From contig BCKZ01000007.1 in assembly GCA_001600815.1 (NCBI GenBank), positions 434,001 through 498,000 on the forward strand: a stretch of DNA of 64,000 nucleotides, written 5' to 3'. The stretch is from Alloascoidea hylecoeti (taxonomy: Eukaryota). The notes beneath the pieces were generated by a model that was not told the origin of the DNA, made no database searches, and saw nothing but the letters and a program-made list of their open reading frames with translations. The position numbers and the translations under genes are program-made. Shown piece by piece: positions 61,669-64,000 of the stretch (its first letter is position 1; each line of letters starts with the position of its first letter).

Positions 61669-62049
61669 ATGGAAGACCATGAACTACCAACGCGATGGGA
61701 AGTTGAACTTGAAGTAAGCCAATTGACTAATAATAAATATATATCTTTGCTCATATGCCTAATACGTTATCAGTTTGTTCAAGGCCTGGCCAATCTACAG
61801 TATTTAAATTTTCTAGCGCAAAATAAATATCTAGAGGATCCAAAATTTCTAAATTATTTAAAATATTTGGAATATTGGAGAGACCCAAAATACACCAAGT
61901 TTCTGGTATATCCCTATTGTTTGCACATATTAACGTTGTTACAGTCAGAAAGATTCCGAATGGAGATTACGCGAAATGATTTGGCGAATTTGGTTTTAAG
62001 TGATATGATCAAAAAATGGAAATTAGAAGATGAAGAAGAAGATAAATAA
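61669..62049 (+). CDS. SOH1: Mediator subunit Med31, 2 exons: 61669-61713, 61774-62049; 106 aa
   Basis: [29 protein letters not shown]...[31 protein letters not shown]; a 60-nt GTAAGC..CTAAT..CAG intron splits the conserved ELEFVQ. Confidence 0.95.
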   Translation: MEDHELPTRWEVELEVSQLTNNKYISLLICLIRYQFVQGLANLQYLNFLAQNKYLEDPKFLNYLKYLEYWRDPKYTKFLVYPYCLHILTLLQSERFRMEITRNDLANLVLSDMIKKWKLEDEEEDK

Positions 62050-62151
62050 TAAACTCCAATTTATTAGTAATAGTGTATAATTTCTTCCATCACGCAACAA
62101 GCCAGCGTGAGTTCGATTCCTGATCGCAGTCTCTTTTTCTCAGAAAATAAG

Positions 62152-62441
62152 GCATCGCGAGGTTGTAGGTACGTATGACCTGAAATGGTCTTTGTTATGC
62201 ATATGAGCAGTGAGCATTACTCCTCCGTGCAAAGACCCTCAATATGTGGAAGCCAGGGTCAGGCAACCCAGCATCCCACACGGTCCGTGGTTCGTATTCT
62301 CTTTCCTTTCCTCCTTTCTTTTAATCATGGACCAGTTCACGGTCGGATCGAGGGGAGGCAGTGCTTAACTACCACTGCGGGTGTAACGCAGGCCCTAACG
62401 CAGGCATCGTCGGACCGAAATCTTGAGTCTCCTGTGATTGC
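62152..62441 (+). ncRNA. Candidate structured RNA of unknown class (~290 nt)
   Basis: GC-rich island with a closing helix and at least five internal stems; G-U pairs favour the + strand; B box GTTCGATTCC at 62111-62120. No known family recognised. Confidence 0.5.
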
Positions 62442-62506
62442 GTCATTCTCCAAATCACATAAAAAGATGCCAAGATCTCGGTGAATAGAACACATAATCA
62501 TCCAAA

Positions 62507-64000
62507 ATGTCAGCCAATAGTACTTTGAAGTCTGCCATTGTACCCAGCTCCCAGCCTGCCATTTACATTCCAGATGGCCCTGCTCTCTCCTATTCCCAGC
62601 TCACTGATCAAATCAGCCATTTGCAACCTTTGTTTGAGTCGTTACCTGCCCAATCCCCTGTGTCAATTTCATTAACCAATTCTCTCGAATTTACAACTAC
62701 CTTTTTGGCCATCACCTTCTCAAGAAATATTGCTGCGCCTTTGAATCCAAACTATAAGAAATCGGAATCGGACTTTTATATCGATGACTTAAAATCAAAA
62801 GTTGTCGTTGTTTCAAGAGGTTCCTTTTCAAAAAATACAGAGATTGTTCAAAGTGCAAAGGAGTTTAATACTGCCGTCGTTGAAGTTTGGTATGATCCAA
62901 ATACCTCCTTTATTGAATACGAAATATTCAATTATCCCTCTTCTTTTCAATTAAAATCGCCTGCTACTGATGCTATTGGAACAAGATCTCCATTGCCTGA
63001 TGATGTCGCTCTAGTTTTACATACTTCTGGTACAACTGGAAGACCAAAAGCTGTCCCTTTAACTCATTTAAACATTTCAACAACAGTCAAAAATATCATT
63101 AATACTTATAGGCTACGATCTGATGATAGATCTTACTTAGTTATGCCTTTATTTCATGTGCATGGTTTAATTTGTGGATTATTGGGTCCATTAGGTTCTG
63201 GTGGTTCTGTAATTATTCCTTCAAGATTTTCTCCAAAATTCTTTTGGGATCATTTTATCAAATACAATGCAAATTGGTATACTGCTGTCCCAACAATTCA
63301 CCATATTCTGTTATCTTCTCCAAAACCAGTTCCTCTGCCCCATATTAGATTTATAAGATCTTGTTCTTCAGCTTTAGCTCCTTCTGTTTTTCATAAATTA
63401 GAAAATGAATTTAATGCCCCTGTTTTAGAAGCTTATGCAATGACTGAAGCCGCCCATCAAATGACTTCTAATAATTTACCTCCAGGTCAAAGAAAACCTG
63501 GTACTGTTGGTGTTGGACAAGGGGTTGAAATCGTCATATTAGACGAAAATGATAATATCTTACCAAATGGTAAAGAAGGTGAAATTTCAATTAAAGGAAT
63601 CAATGTTACAAAAGGTTATATTAATAATGTTAAAGCAAATAAAGAATCTTTTACTTCAAATGGTTATTTCAGAACAGGTGATCAAGGTAAAAAAGATCCA
63701 GATGGATTTTTAATTATAACTGGTAGAATTAAAGAATTAATTAATAGAGGTGGTGAAAAAATATCACCAATTGAATTAGATGGCATTTTATTACAACATC
63801 CAAAAGTTTCTGAAGCTGTTGTATTTGCTGCTGAAGATGAGAAATATGGTCAAGTTGTTAATGCTGCAATTGTAATTAAAAAAAATGAAAAAATTACTGA
63901 AGATGAAATTAAAAAATTTATGAGTGAAAAAGTTTCTTCTTATAAAATTCCTGTTAGAGTATTTTTTACAGATATTATGCCAAAAACTGCAACTGGGAAA
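62507..64000 (+). CDS. PCS60: Peroxisomal CoA ligase (oxalate-CoA ligase Pcs60/Fat2), 3'-truncated by the window end
   Basis: Open frame from ATG 62507 to the window end (absent from the ORF track): LHTSGTTGRPKAVPL, MPLFHVHGL, EAYAMTEAAHQM, FRTGDQG, GRIKELINRGGEKISPIELD, MPKTATGK. Confidence 0.95.
   Translation, partial: MSANSTLKSAIVPSSQPAIYIPDGPALSYSQLTDQISHLQPLFESLPAQSPVSISLTNSLEFTTTFLAITFSRNIAAPLNPNYKKSESDFYIDDLKSKVVVVSRGSFSKNTEIVQSAKEFNTAVVEVWYDPNTSFIEYEIFNYPSSFQLKSPATDAIGTRSPLPDDVALVLHTSGTTGRPKAVPLTHLNISTTVKNIINTYRLRSDDRSYLVMPLFHVHGLICGLLGPLGSGGSVIIPSRFSPKFFWDHFIKYNANWYTAVPTIHHILLSSPKPVPLPHIRFIRSCSSALAPSVFHKLENEFNAPVLEAYAMTEAAHQMTSNNLPPGQRKPGTVGVGQGVEIVILDENDNILPNGKEGEISIKGINVTKGYINNVKANKESFTSNGYFRTGDQGKKDPDGFLIITGRIKELINRGGEKISPIELDGILLQHPKVSEAVVFAAEDEKYGQVVNAAIVIKKNEKITEDEIKKFMSEKVSSYKIPVRVFFTDIMPKTATGK

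Noticed and set aside
62100..62176. U1-like ATACGTACCT and GATCAGGAAT on the - strand
   Set aside because: Mismatch to ACTTACCT, stem I does not form, no Sm site, and G-U pairs favour the + strand.
62169..62403. 5'-UTR intron of PCS60 (GTACGT ... CCTAAC-G-CAG)
   Set aside because: The signals exist, but a 1-nt branch-to-acceptor spacing does not match the other introns here; unsupported without RNA data.
62185..62484. 99-aa ORF from the track
   Set aside because: No protein features; expected by chance in a GC-rich structured island.

Overview
AT-rich, intron-containing fungal chromosome segment from a budding yeast using the standard code (CTG falls at conserved Leu positions). The intron style and gene content suggest an early-diverging Saccharomycotina lineage, which is inference only. 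About 20 protein genes are supportable: PTC2/3, PTH2, SHP1, a phospholipase B, an ECM13-like gene, WDR48/DUF1, a tandem orphan paralog pair, an MFAP1/SPP381-like gene, carboxypeptidase Y, two GPI-type wall proteins, a TRAPPC12-like gene, a UPF0658 membrane protein, a tail-anchored coiled-coil protein, a CaaX-bearing globin, PDB1, SCS3, SOH1/MED31 and PCS60 (runs off the window). There is one tRNA-Asp(GTC). Long intergenic tracts hold transposon debris: a decayed Tc1 DD34E element, an L1-clade ORF2 remnant next to the tRNA, and several foldback/MITE-like inverted repeats. Best leads: (1) two intact 285-aa paralogs that look like domesticated LINE ORF1p double-RRM proteins; (2) an unassigned ~290-nt highly base-paired RNA-like island with a possible pseudoknot, upstream B box and telomere-like CCCTAA repeat between SOH1 and PCS60; (3) a GPI-like hydrophobic tail hidden behind the phospholipase B stop codon; (4) several splicing oddities. 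All structures and homologies were judged by eye and need computational confirmation.
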